Shown piece after piece: positions 9,034 to 18,260 of a stretch of 64,000 nt of DNA (position 1 is its first letter; each line of letters opens with the position of its first letter). Location of the stretch: contig JAJYHZ010000002.1 in NCBI GenBank assembly GCA_021796335.1, forward strand, positions 100,516-164,515. The letters run 5' to 3'. This stretch comes from a bacterium. Its GTDB lineage: Bacteria; Patescibacteriota; Minisyncoccia; UBA6257; UBA9933. The position numbers and the translations under genes are program-made. The notes under the pieces are model-generated. The model worked only from the letters and a program-made list of their open reading frames with translations, was not told where the DNA came from and ran no database searches.

Positions 9034-11562
9034 TTATGAAAGCGCCGCGGCGGAATCGGTAAATTTTATTTCATTATTTTCTAATTTCAACAAGACTGAT
9101 TTTCCTTTATTTATTTCTCCGCGGAGAATTTTGTCGGCCAAAACGCTTTTGATTTTATCCGAAACAACTCCGCGCAAAGGCCTGGCTCCGAAAACCGGAT
9201 CATAGCCGATTCGGGCGACGTAATTTACCAATTCATCATTGAATTGTAAATTTATCCCCTGGTTTTCTTCCAAAGTTTTTACGAGATTATCCAGTTGAAG
9301 ACGCGCGATTTGAACCGTGTCTTCGATGGACAAATTTTTAAAAATAATAACATCGGAAAATCGGTTAAGCAACTCGGGTTTGAAAGACGCGGTGAGTTTC
9401 TTTTTGAAATCCTCCTTGATTTCCGAAATAGACTTTCCTTGTTCCAGCTGATCTTTTATGTAATCAGAATTGGCGTTGGAAGTGGCGATGATAATGGTAT
9501 TTTTGAAATCGACAACGCGGCCGGAGTTGTCTGTTAGGCGGCCGTCATCGAAAACCTGAAGAAATAGGTTCAGAACATCGGAATTGGCTTTTTCAAATTC
9601 ATCCAGAAGAATGAGGCAGTACGGTTTTTGAATGACGGCCTCGGTCAAGCTTCCCGTAACTTTCCCGTCCGGAGAGCCGATGAAGCGGAAAACGCTTTGT
9701 TTATCCTGATATTCGGACATATCGAACCTGATCATGGCGTCGAATGAACCGAATTGAGTTTTAGCCAAAGTTTTGGCCAATTCGGTTTTACCGACTCCGG
9801 TAGGACCGACGAATAAAAACGCAGCGATCGGCCCGGACGAACGGCCCAATCCGCTGCGGTATTCACGCAAAGATCCGGAAACCGCTTTTACCGCTTCTTC
9901 CTGATCGATTAAATCTTCATGAATGACGTTTTCTAAATTCAACAATTTTTCCGCTTCTTCCCGGGTTGTTTTATGAATGGGAATGTTAACCTTTCTTTCG
10001 CTGACGGCAATTATATGGTCGGACTTCAGAACATTATCGCCTTTTTGAGTGGCATAAGCCAAAGCTTCTTTTAGTAGATCCTCGGCGCTGGAAGGCAGCA
10101 ATTTTCGCCTAAAATACTTATGAGCCAAAACAACGGCCTGCTTAATCGCCTCAAAGCTGATAATCACTTTGTATTGGTTTTCGAGAAGCAAACTGTCGTA
10201 AGCCAAGAACCGGATTGATTCGTCTTCGGAAAGTTCATCCACTTTAATCACATCGAACGCATTCATGAAATCGCTGCGCGGTTCAATATCCTGCTTAAAA
10301 TCCCTGTAATAAGCGGAGCCGACCACGGAAAAAGCATCAGTCTTTATAGCCGGCAATATTATATCGGCGGCGTTCATGTAATGATCGCCGGAAGTGCGCA
10401 CCAGGTTATAAATGTCTGGGATGAATAAAATGACATTGCCCGCAGTCATGATTTCATCGATAACTTTATTGACTCTTCTTGAAACTTCCTGAGGATCGGC
10501 GTTTGATATCAGGCTGCTTATTTGGAGACCGACCAAGCGTTTATCAAACAGCGCTTCCGGAATTTCATCGCGAACGATTTCCGACGCCAAATGATGGACC
10601 AAAGCATCCGAACCGCTGCCCGGATCGCCGACCAGCAACACATTCGGCCGCGTCGGACGGGAAAGGACATCAACCATTTGTTTATATTCTTTTTCGTGGC
10701 CAACCAGAAATCCGGTTTTTCTGTCTCTGGCCAAATCGGTAAAATCAATACTAAAGCTGTCAAGAACGGGGGTAGGGCGCGCCGTCCAGGACCGGTTCAT
10801 AATGCGATGTCGATTTTTCGGAGAAATGACAAACCCGCCGATGGTTTCGGGCAGTTTGGAAATCCAGGTTTTGTATCGATAACGGCTGAAAATAAGCGCT
10901 TTATTCAAATCGTCGGCGTCGATGGAGAACATATAAAAAATCTTTTTGACGCTTTCGCCGCCGATATGTCCCAGCGAGGAAAAAATATGGCTGACATCTA
11001 TGTAATCGGAATTTTCGAAAAAGGCCTCAAGAAAAGCATTCTTGATTAAAAGGCTTGTTTTTTCAAATACTTGTTTTTGATTTTCTTTTATTTCTTTTCT
11101 TGATTTTGAAATTTCTTCGTCTAATTTCTGCTCAAATTCCTCAGGGGAAACTTCGAGACGCCAGAGAGCCCCTCTTATGCCTTTGTTTTTCATTAAGAGT
11201 TGCATCAGATTAAGATGGAAATCGCCACCGACTATAATCGTTCTGTCATAAGATTTTTCGATGGTGTGAAAAACCCGCGGCAGCAAATAATCCATCGCAT
11301 CGGCGCCGCTAATCGTTTCTTGGTTAAGTTCATTTAGAGAGTGCAACGGTTTGTTCAAGTGTATGAATCGATTGGCTAAAAACAAAAGAAATAACGCGCC
11401 CACCCATTTAAGCCAAATAATTTCGAAAGCGACGAATAAAACGGAGGCTATCGCAAAAATGATATAAAAGGAAAAATAAATCAGGCGCCACAAAAATCGC
11501 AAAAAAGGCGAAAATTCAAGGCGCGGCTCAGAAAAATAAATTTTGTTTAAATCCATACTCAT
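9034..11562 (-). CDS. ClpB/ClpC-like AAA+ ATPase with N-terminal transmembrane anchor and degenerate first AAA module
   Basis: D2 module is intact (FVGPTGVGKTELAKTLA, LILLDEFEKA, GARPLRGVV). In D1 the P-loop reads GDPGSGSD where GxPGVGKT is expected, and the Walker B reads LFIPDI. The N-terminus has two hydrophobic helices instead of a Clp N-domain. Confidence 0.8.
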   Translation of the reverse strand: MSMDLNKIYFSEPRLEFSPFLRFLWRLIYFSFYIIFAIASVLFVAFEIIWLKWVGALFLLFLANRFIHLNKPLHSLNELNQETISGADAMDYLLPRVFHTIEKSYDRTIIVGGDFHLNLMQLLMKNKGIRGALWRLEVSPEEFEQKLDEEISKSRKEIKENQKQVFEKTSLLIKNAFLEAFFENSDYIDVSHIFSSLGHIGGESVKKIFYMFSIDADDLNKALIFSRYRYKTWISKLPETIGGFVISPKNRHRIMNRSWTARPTPVLDSFSIDFTDLARDRKTGFLVGHEKEYKQMVDVLSRPTRPNVLLVGDPGSGSDALVHHLASEIVRDEIPEALFDKRLVGLQISSLISNADPQEVSRRVNKVIDEIMTAGNVILFIPDIYNLVRTSGDHYMNAADIILPAIKTDAFSVVGSAYYRDFKQDIEPRSDFMNAFDVIKVDELSEDESIRFLAYDSLLLENQYKVIISFEAIKQAVVLAHKYFRRKLLPSSAEDLLKEALAYATQKGDNVLKSDHIIAVSERKVNIPIHKTTREEAEKLLNLENVIHEDLIDQEEAVKAVSGSLREYRSGLGRSSGPIAAFLFVGPTGVGKTELAKTLAKTQFGSFDAMIRFDMSEYQDKQSVFRFIGSPDGKVTGSLTEAVIQKPYCLILLDEFEKANSDVLNLFLQVFDDGRLTDNSGRVVDFKNTIIIATSNANSDYIKDQLEQGKSISEIKEDFKKKLTASFKPELLNRFSDVIIFKNLSIEDTVQIARLQLDNLVKTLEENQGINLQFNDELVNYVARIGYDPVFGARPLRGVVSDKIKSVLADKILRGEINKGKSVLLKLENNEIKFTDSAAALS

Positions 11563-11575
11563 TACTAATGAAAAA

Positions 11576-11956
11576 TTAGATTCCTATTTTAAAAATATTC
11601 ACAACCGGATTGTAATCTATTATTTTGAAAATTATATAAAGGGGAATCGCCGCCCAGATGATGAACATTGCGGCGGCGATGATAATAACGAACAGATAAA
11701 TTATCCCGCCGATCATTAGCCGTAAAGAACGAAATACAAAACCCAGAACATACCCTATTATGCTGTGATCCTGATAAAGAGGCTTAAAAAGGAAACGCCA
11801 AGTTATTTTAAGGGCAAAAATTTTGTCCAAACTTTCCAAAAGAATCAAAGTCCTGTGAGCGTGAAAAATAAATCCGCGCAAATACCACTGCCGGATAAAT
11901 TCAGAAATCCGGAAAATAAAACGATTGAAAGCAAAAATAATGAAATCACCAAGCAT
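11576..11956 (-). CDS. hypothetical small membrane protein
   Basis: 126 aa with 3 predicted TM segments. First gene of the operon that continues into the Clp-like ATPase. Confidence 0.45.
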   Translation of the reverse strand: MLGDFIIFAFNRFIFRISEFIRQWYLRGFIFHAHRTLILLESLDKIFALKITWRFLFKPLYQDHSIIGYVLGFVFRSLRLMIGGIIYLFVIIIAAAMFIIWAAIPLYIIFKIIDYNPVVNIFKIGI

Positions 11957-12096
11957 ATTAAATAGAATTTAGAATATCGTCCGCCACGGCGGATAGGATT
12001 CAGTGAAAGCGTATTATAAAAATCCTATTGAAAAATTATACTATATACGTTTATTTAATAAAACGGACTAGTCGAATGAACTAAAATCCAAACTAG

Positions 12097-12141
12097 AATC
12101 AAATTTTGAGCGATCGCTCAAAATTTGATTGGTTATCCACA
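12097..12141 (+). repeat. dispersed 45-bp element: 34-bp perfect palindrome plus DnaA box (copy 1)
   Basis: AATCAAATTTTGAGCGATCGCTCAAAATTTGATT at 12097-12130, then GG, then TTATCCACA at 12133-12141. Confidence 0.9.
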
Positions 12142-12489
12142 ATCACATAACAACGCAACAAAAAGGGGCGCAAGATGCGCCCCGAAATTTTGAAAAAGAA
12201 GTTTTTACCTGGCTACTTTAAGCCAGAGCTTGGACATAACCTCGTAATTTACAACTCCGAAAATCGCGCCGACAAAACTGCCGATTATGGCGTGGCCGGC
12301 GAAATAACCGATTCCGGCGCCAATGGCCGAATCCACTCCTCAAAGCAGATGTTCGCCTGAATGAATAAGCAAGAAAAGGTATTTGAAAAATTTGCCGACG
12401 AGCTTTCCCAAGGTTAACAATGCCAAGATAATCAGGAAAAATTTTTCGTTCCGTTAAGTATGACCTATAAAAAATGACCGAACCTAAAG

Positions 12490-12510
12490 CCCCGCTTTCG
12501 CGGGGCTTTG
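12490..12510. terminator. terminator hairpin GCCCCGC-TTTC-GCGGGGC
   Basis: Perfect 7-bp GC stem downstream of the stop of the 12535..13212 minus gene. Confidence 0.55.
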
Positions 12511-12534
12511 ATTTTCTTACTCCTTTAAGAAAAA

Positions 12535-13212
12535 CTATTCGGTCTGCTGCTTCAGCTTTTCAATCAAACGTGCGGCGTAATCCTTACCTCCCAAACCGAA
12601 GGCAATACCGCCGGCCAAAGCCAGCATGGCGATAATACCGGTAATTATTGTCTGAAGAACATAAACATTAATGCCAAGCTGCATTAATGCCGTAATGGTT
12701 CCGAAAACGACAATAACCCACCAGATAAACGTTCCCAAGAATTTGGATGCCTGAAGTTTCGCGCTCATCACCGAAGCGGTAGTCAATGTTCTGATAAAAT
12801 TCGCAACAACAAAAGTGGCTATCATGATCAAGATTGCCACAACTATGTTGGGAATATAAAGCAAAACCTGCTGCAAGAAACTTGAAAAAACATCAAGTCC
12901 CAAAATATTGGTAAATGCCAAGACAAAGGCAATAACGAAAAACCAGTAAACGATTCTTCCTAGAAATCTTCCGGAATTAAGTTTAATTCCTCCCCTTTCT
13001 ATATACGTGTCTACTCCGATTTTCTTCAATAAAGTGTCAAGCTTGATTCCTTTGATGATTTGTTCGACAACAGTTCCGAAAACCGCAGCAATAATCAATC
13101 CGATAATCAAAACGATAATCGCACCGATCAATTTAGGAAGAAAAGCGATGACACCCGCCCAAACACCTATTAATGATTCGTAGAGTGTGCTTGCCAAGTT
13201 TTGAAAAAACAT
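12535..13212 (-). CDS. hypothetical polytopic membrane protein
   Basis: 225 aa with about 5 TM helices. No catalytic motifs. Weak resemblance to the conserved TM-helix repeat proteins found with mechanosensitive channels. Confidence 0.55.
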   Translation of the reverse strand: MFFQNLASTLYESLIGVWAGVIAFLPKLIGAIIVLIIGLIIAAVFGTVVEQIIKGIKLDTLLKKIGVDTYIERGGIKLNSGRFLGRIVYWFFVIAFVLAFTNILGLDVFSSFLQQVLLYIPNIVVAILIMIATFVVANFIRTLTTASVMSAKLQASKFLGTFIWWVIVVFGTITALMQLGINVYVLQTIITGIIAMLALAGGIAFGLGGKDYAARLIEKLKQQTE

Positions 13213-13470
13213 ACGTTTTTAATTTTTCCGACCTTTTCTTTTATTTTTCATAACCTGAAACCAGGTATGAAATTTATTTCAGATTTATTATAGCAACTTG
13301 AGATATAAAATAAAATGAGTTATCAACAATCCGACGAATGGTTAATGGATTAGGGCCAATGACACAAACTATCAATTGTTTTTTATTAGTCATTAATCAT
13401 GAGCCATTTGCTCTTTGTCATAAGCCATTAGCTATTCTTAATTCTTGCGACTTATGATAAGATTGCACAA

Positions 13471-13827
13471 ATGAAATTGCTGTCGAAACTGATCTTCGCT
13501 TATATTACAAATCTTTTATCGCTGTTTTTAGCGTCATATTTGGTGAAAGGATTTTTGGTAGATTTAAGTTTAAAAAATTTTTTGATTGTTGGCCTTATTT
13601 TTACGGTTATAAACTTGTTGATAAGGCCAATCTTCAAGTTTATTCTAAGTCCGATTATTATTCTGACTTTGGGTTTAGGCATAATAATAGTAAATGCCCT
13701 GATGCTTTATTTGCTTGATTATTTCTCGAAAAGTGTTACGATTGTTGATATTGCTTCTTTAGCATATGCCGCTTTAATCGTAAGCGCGGTCAATATAGTT
13801 ATGCATTTTATATCAAAAGCTAAATAA
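13471..13827 (+). CDS. Phage_holin_4_2-family small membrane protein
   Basis: LIRPIFKFILSPIIILTLGLGIIIVNALMLYLL matches the L..P..LT.P..ILTLGLF..VINA.ML pattern of this widespread 4-TM family. Confidence 0.55.
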   Translation: MKLLSKLIFAYITNLLSLFLASYLVKGFLVDLSLKNFLIVGLIFTVINLLIRPIFKFILSPIIILTLGLGIIIVNALMLYLLDYFSKSVTIVDIASLAYAALIVSAVNIVMHFISKAK

Positions 13828-13873
13828 TTAATTATTATTTGGTTCACGAGTTAATAACGAATTGGGAATTTTA

Positions 13874-14095
13874 ATGAAGATACTATCTATCGCACAAATC
13901 GTGGTTTCCGTTATACTAGTAGTTCTCATTTTGCTTCAGGAAAGATCGTCCGGAGTCGGCGGAGTTTTCGGAGGCGGCACCACGGAAGTTTATCAAAAAA
14001 GGCGCGGAGTGGAGCGGCTGATTTTTGCCGCAACAATCATTTTGGCGATAGCATTCCCGATTTTGGCAATTCTCAATTTCATACTCATTAAATAA
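13874..14095 (+). CDS. secG: preprotein translocase subunit SecG
   Basis: MKILSIAQIVVSVILVVLILLQERSSGVGGVFGGG fits the SecG pattern. Start taken at the internal ATG at 13874. Confidence 0.75.
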   Translation: MKILSIAQIVVSVILVVLILLQERSSGVGGVFGGGTTEVYQKRRGVERLIFAATIILAIAFPILAILNFILIK

Positions 14096-14110
14096 ATCGG
14101 CTGAAGCCGG

Positions 14111-15751
14111 TTGAAGACTTATTTGAGGTACGTTTTTTCACAAATTTTTCTTTCTTTTTCTAAAAAAGAACGGTATTGGTTTATCGGGGCTTTTTTGATT
14201 TTCATAATTTCTTTTATCGCTTTTTTAATCTTTTTCATACAAAGCAATACGGTTATGAAGCCGGCCGGCGGAGGCGAATACACGGAAGGAATTGTGGGGC
14301 AGCCGGCATTTATCAATCCCCTTTTTGCCGATGAAAACAACGCGGATCAGGATATAACCGAACTTACTTTTTCCGATCTGAAAAATATGATTGACAGCTA
14401 TCAGGTAAGTCCGGACAATAAGACTTTTGATGTCAGATTAAAACCTGATATTTTTTGGCAAGACAATCAGCCGATTACTTCCGACGACGTGCTTTTTACG
14501 ATCAGCGCGGTTCAAGATCCGGACATCAATTCTCCGCAAGCGGCAAGCTGGCAAGGAGTAAAGGCGGAAAGAATCAGCGAGAGGGAATTCCAGCTGATTC
14601 TGCCCCAGCCTTATGCATATTTCGAGAATATCCTTTTAGATTTCAAGCCGATTCCAAAGCATATTTTTGAAAATATCCCTTTGACGAATTTACGGCTTTC
14701 AGAATACAATCTTGAGCCCGTCGGAAGCGGTCCTTACAAATTTACGGGGTATGATAAAAGACGGGATGGATTTGTCACTAAATATTCGGTGGAAAAATCC
14801 GATAGCTACTTCGGCCCGAAACCATATATTCAAAAAATGAATTTCAATTTTTATACCGATGATTCAGAATTGGTAAAAGCATTCAATTCAAGCAATATTG
14901 ACGGATTTGCCGTAAATAATTTCAGCCAACTGAACGACATAACCATACCGCATCAAACTTTTGACATTAAAATGCCGCGCTATTATGCAGTCTTTTTCAA
15001 CCAGGCAAATAATCCGTTGCTGGCCGATAAAAATTTGAGGATAGCTTTAAATAGCGCGATAAACAAGCAAAGAATCGTAAACGATGTTTTTGGCGGAAAA
15101 GCAATCACGATTGACGGACCGATTGTTTTGGACAATTCAAATAATGACGAGTACAATGTAGATTATGCAAACCAACTTCTTGATTCGGAAGGATGGCAAA
15201 TGACCGATTCCGGAGTCAGGGTGAAAGGCAACGATAGACTGGAATTCAACCTTACGGTTTACCCGATTCCGTTTTTAATAGATACGGCAAAGATGATTCA
15301 GGAAGATTGGTCGAAAATCGGCGTACGAGCGGATATCAATCTGGCGACGCTGAACAATTTCACCGAGCAAGTCATCAGGCCAAGAAATTACGACATGCTA
15401 ATTTTCGGAAACGCGTACGGAGAGAACGAGGATCCGTATTCTTTCTGGGATTCGACCCAAAAATTTTATCCGGGCTTGAACTTCGCGCTTTATGACAATA
15501 AATCCGTTGATTCGGCAATAAACAGTATCCGAACCGAATTTGATCCGAATTTAAGGGAAGGAGAAATGGAGCAATTACAATCGGCGATTATCGCGGATCA
15601 GCCGGCTATTTTCCTATATTCTCCGGATTATATTTATATTGCCAATAATCTTCTAAAGGGATTCGAGGAGCAGAATCTTGGGCTGCCGAGCGACAGATTC
15701 GCGAACATCCAAAACTGGTTCATAAAAACAACCAGAGTACTGAAGAAATAA
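14111..15751 (+). CDS. ABC transporter substrate-binding protein, family 5 (oligopeptide-type), N-terminally membrane anchored
   Basis: 546 aa. N-terminal TM helix, then the typical SBP_bac_5 fold. No permease or ATPase genes adjacent. Confidence 0.75.
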   Translation: MKTYLRYVFSQIFLSFSKKERYWFIGAFLIFIISFIAFLIFFIQSNTVMKPAGGGEYTEGIVGQPAFINPLFADENNADQDITELTFSDLKNMIDSYQVSPDNKTFDVRLKPDIFWQDNQPITSDDVLFTISAVQDPDINSPQAASWQGVKAERISEREFQLILPQPYAYFENILLDFKPIPKHIFENIPLTNLRLSEYNLEPVGSGPYKFTGYDKRRDGFVTKYSVEKSDSYFGPKPYIQKMNFNFYTDDSELVKAFNSSNIDGFAVNNFSQLNDITIPHQTFDIKMPRYYAVFFNQANNPLLADKNLRIALNSAINKQRIVNDVFGGKAITIDGPIVLDNSNNDEYNVDYANQLLDSEGWQMTDSGVRVKGNDRLEFNLTVYPIPFLIDTAKMIQEDWSKIGVRADINLATLNNFTEQVIRPRNYDMLIFGNAYGENEDPYSFWDSTQKFYPGLNFALYDNKSVDSAINSIRTEFDPNLREGEMEQLQSAIIADQPAIFLYSPDYIYIANNLLKGFEEQNLGLPSDRFANIQNWFIKTTRVLKK

Positions 15752-15854
15752 AAAAATTATTTTAATTTCTGAAAATTCGAATCAGCAATTGAGATTTAAA
15801 ATAATCAGAGTAATTAGTTATCAGAATAATTCTCAATATCCTTGACATTTTTCC

Positions 15855-16190
15855 ATGAATATTAAAGAATACAAACAACGTGCCGATCTTATAAGAAACA
15901 ACGAAATCTATAAAGTTTACGATTTATCGGAAAACCTTAAAGATTTGGTTCTTTCTCTAACCGAACTTAATTACCAAAAATCAACAACCGGACATTCGCA
16001 TGCCGACGCCGATGAAGTTTACGTTTTCATCGACGGAAGAGGAATTATAGACGTAGGCAGTAAAACATTGGAAGTTCAGGGCGGCGATGTGATTATCGTT
16101 CCCCGGGGAGATTTCCATAAAGTCCATAATAAAGGCGAAGGCATTTTGAGTTTTTGGTCAATTTTTGAAAAATACGGAAACAGGAAATAG
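15855..16190 (+). CDS. cupin-domain protein
   Basis: 111 aa with GHSHADADEVYVFIDGRG...GDVIIVPRGDFHKVHN cupin motifs. Confidence 0.65.
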   Translation: MNIKEYKQRADLIRNNEIYKVYDLSENLKDLVLSLTELNYQKSTTGHSHADADEVYVFIDGRGIIDVGSKTLEVQGGDVIIVPRGDFHKVHNKGEGILSFWSIFEKYGNRK

Positions 16191-16231
16191 AAAAAATCTA
16201 ATTTCTAATTAACTTAAACAATTAAGTATTT

Positions 16232-16316
16232 GCCCAGGTGGTGAAATTGGCAGACACGCAGCGTTCAGGTCGCTGTGAGGGCAACCTCGTGGGAGTTCAA
16301 CTCTCCCCCTGGGCAC
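16232..16316 (+). tRNA. tRNA-Leu(CAG)
   Basis: GCCCAGG acceptor pairs with CCTGGGC. Anticodon loop TTCAGGT gives CAG. Long variable arm. No encoded CCA. Confidence 0.85.
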
Positions 16317-16397
16317 AATAAATAAATTACAAAATTGTAGATCGAAAAAACACAAGATTGTTTTTAATTTTCGATTTTCAATTTTTAATAAACATCA

Positions 16398-18176
16398 ATG
16401 ATTAGAACAAAAATAAACCGCGAAATAACAGAAAGAAAAATAAACAGAACACAAAGGCCCAGAATATCTCCAAGAATATCCAGGCAGCCTAAAACAATCC
16501 GGGAAGCAAAAGATCAGGGCATTTTAAGGTTCGCGGCCTTGGGCGGATTGGAGGAGATCGGAAGAAACATGTCCGTTTTCGAATATAACGGGGATTTAAT
16601 ATTGATTGATGCGGGAGTTTTATTTCCGGGAGAAAGTACGCCGGGAATCGATTACATTATTCCCAATGTCAGCTATCTTGAGCCGCAAAAAGACAGGATA
16701 AAGGCGATGATCGTTACCCACGGCCATTACGACCATATCGGAGCAATCCCCTATCTGATGGAAAAATTGGGCAATCCGACGATTTATACGACTGCCATGA
16801 CCAAGGAAATAATCAAGAAGAGGCAGGAGGATTTTCCGAATGCTCCGAAACTGGATTTTGAACTGATTAAAAATCATGACAAAATCAGAATTTCCGACGA
16901 CGTGGAAATAGAATTTTTCGGAATTATTCACAGTATACCCGATACCGTTAGTTTGCTTATTAAAACTCCGGTGGGAAATTTCGTTTATTGTACGGATGTA
17001 AAATTCGATTACGATGAAAAAGGGACTGTCTTGGGCTTAGACGAGTTTGAATGGGCAGGCAAGCAGAATATTCATACCTTATTTTTGGAAAGCACGAATG
17101 CAGAAGTCGCGGGAACTTCCGTTTCGGAAAAATTAGTGGAGAAAAATATCGACGACATTTTCAACAAAGCGAAAGGAAGAGTCATTATCGGAACTTTCGC
17201 CTCGATGCTGACCAGGATCGCGGAAATCGTAAAAATGGCGGAAAAGCACGACCGCAAGGTTTTCTTCTCCGGATTATCGATGAAAACCAATGTTCAGATT
17301 GCGCAAAATCTGGGATATATAAAAGTCAAAAAAGGAACGGTGATTCCACTGGATGAACTGCATAAATATAAAGACGACAAGATTCTGATTCTATCAACCG
17401 GAGCGCAAGGAGAACCGAATGCAAGTTTGATGAAAATAGTCAACGGCGAACACCGCCAAATTCAAATCAAACCCGGAGACACGGTGATTTTTTCCTCCTC
17501 CGTTATTCCAGGAAACGAAACTCAGGTTCAGGTTCTGAAAGACAATCTGGCCAGACAAGGCGCGAAAATTTACCATTCGAAAATCGTGGACTTGCATGCA
17601 AGCGGACACGCTACGGGAGAGGAACTGCGAAAAATAATCGAATTAGTCAAACCGCAATTCCTGTTCCCGATCCACGGACAATACTTTATGCGCTCGGTTT
17701 TGGGCGAATTGGCTCAGGAAACCGGAATTCCGAAGCAAAATATCATTCTGGCGGATAACGGCCAGGTAATCGCCTTTAAAAAAGGTTCGGCGGAGATAAC
17801 TCAGGAAACTGCGCCGGCCTATTATATTATGGTTGACGGATTGGGAGTCGGCGACGTAGGAGAAATCGTCATGCGCGACAGAAAAGTATTGGCGCAGGAA
17901 GGAATGGTGGTTGTCATCGCAACATTAGATCGCCGAACCGGAAGATTTTTGAAAAACCCCGATATCATTTCGCGCGGATTTATCTACCTTAAAGAAAACA
18001 AGGAGCTTGTCGAGGAACTGAGAAGCAAAATTAAGGGAATTATTTCGCGAATACCCAGATTTCAAACCGTTGATCCGGATTACTTGAAAGCTTTAATGCG
18101 TGACCAAATCGGCCAGTTCTTGTATAATAAAACGAATCGCAGACCGATGGTATTACCGGTAGTAATACAAGTTTAA
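16398..18176 (+). CDS. rnj: ribonuclease J (metallo-beta-lactamase/beta-CASP RNase)
   Basis: HGHYDHIGA motif with a beta-CASP region. 592 aa including a basic N-terminal extension. Confidence 0.85.
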   Translation: MIRTKINREITERKINRTQRPRISPRISRQPKTIREAKDQGILRFAALGGLEEIGRNMSVFEYNGDLILIDAGVLFPGESTPGIDYIIPNVSYLEPQKDRIKAMIVTHGHYDHIGAIPYLMEKLGNPTIYTTAMTKEIIKKRQEDFPNAPKLDFELIKNHDKIRISDDVEIEFFGIIHSIPDTVSLLIKTPVGNFVYCTDVKFDYDEKGTVLGLDEFEWAGKQNIHTLFLESTNAEVAGTSVSEKLVEKNIDDIFNKAKGRVIIGTFASMLTRIAEIVKMAEKHDRKVFFSGLSMKTNVQIAQNLGYIKVKKGTVIPLDELHKYKDDKILILSTGAQGEPNASLMKIVNGEHRQIQIKPGDTVIFSSSVIPGNETQVQVLKDNLARQGAKIYHSKIVDLHASGHATGEELRKIIELVKPQFLFPIHGQYFMRSVLGELAQETGIPKQNIILADNGQVIAFKKGSAEITQETAPAYYIMVDGLGVGDVGEIVMRDRKVLAQEGMVVVIATLDRRTGRFLKNPDIISRGFIYLKENKELVEELRSKIKGIISRIPRFQTVDPDYLKALMRDQIGQFLYNKTNRRPMVLPVVIQV

Positions 18177-18260
18177 GCATCACTAATAGGCACAAGTCTT
18201 CACAAATCACACAAATAAATTCGTGATATTTGTGCTTTATTTGTGAAAATTCATTAATCA

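Noticed and set aside
10479-11049. ORFs 10479..10742 and 10522..11049 (+) and 10518..10763 (-) inside the Clp-like gene
   Set aside because: They overlap a 842-aa gene with clear AAA+ motifs on the minus strand and have no supporting motifs of their own.
12175-12360. ORF 12175..12360 (+), 61 aa
   Set aside because: It starts inside a terminator-like hairpin (GGGGCGCAAGATGCGCCCC) right after palindrome copy 1. No RBS, and no conservation cue.
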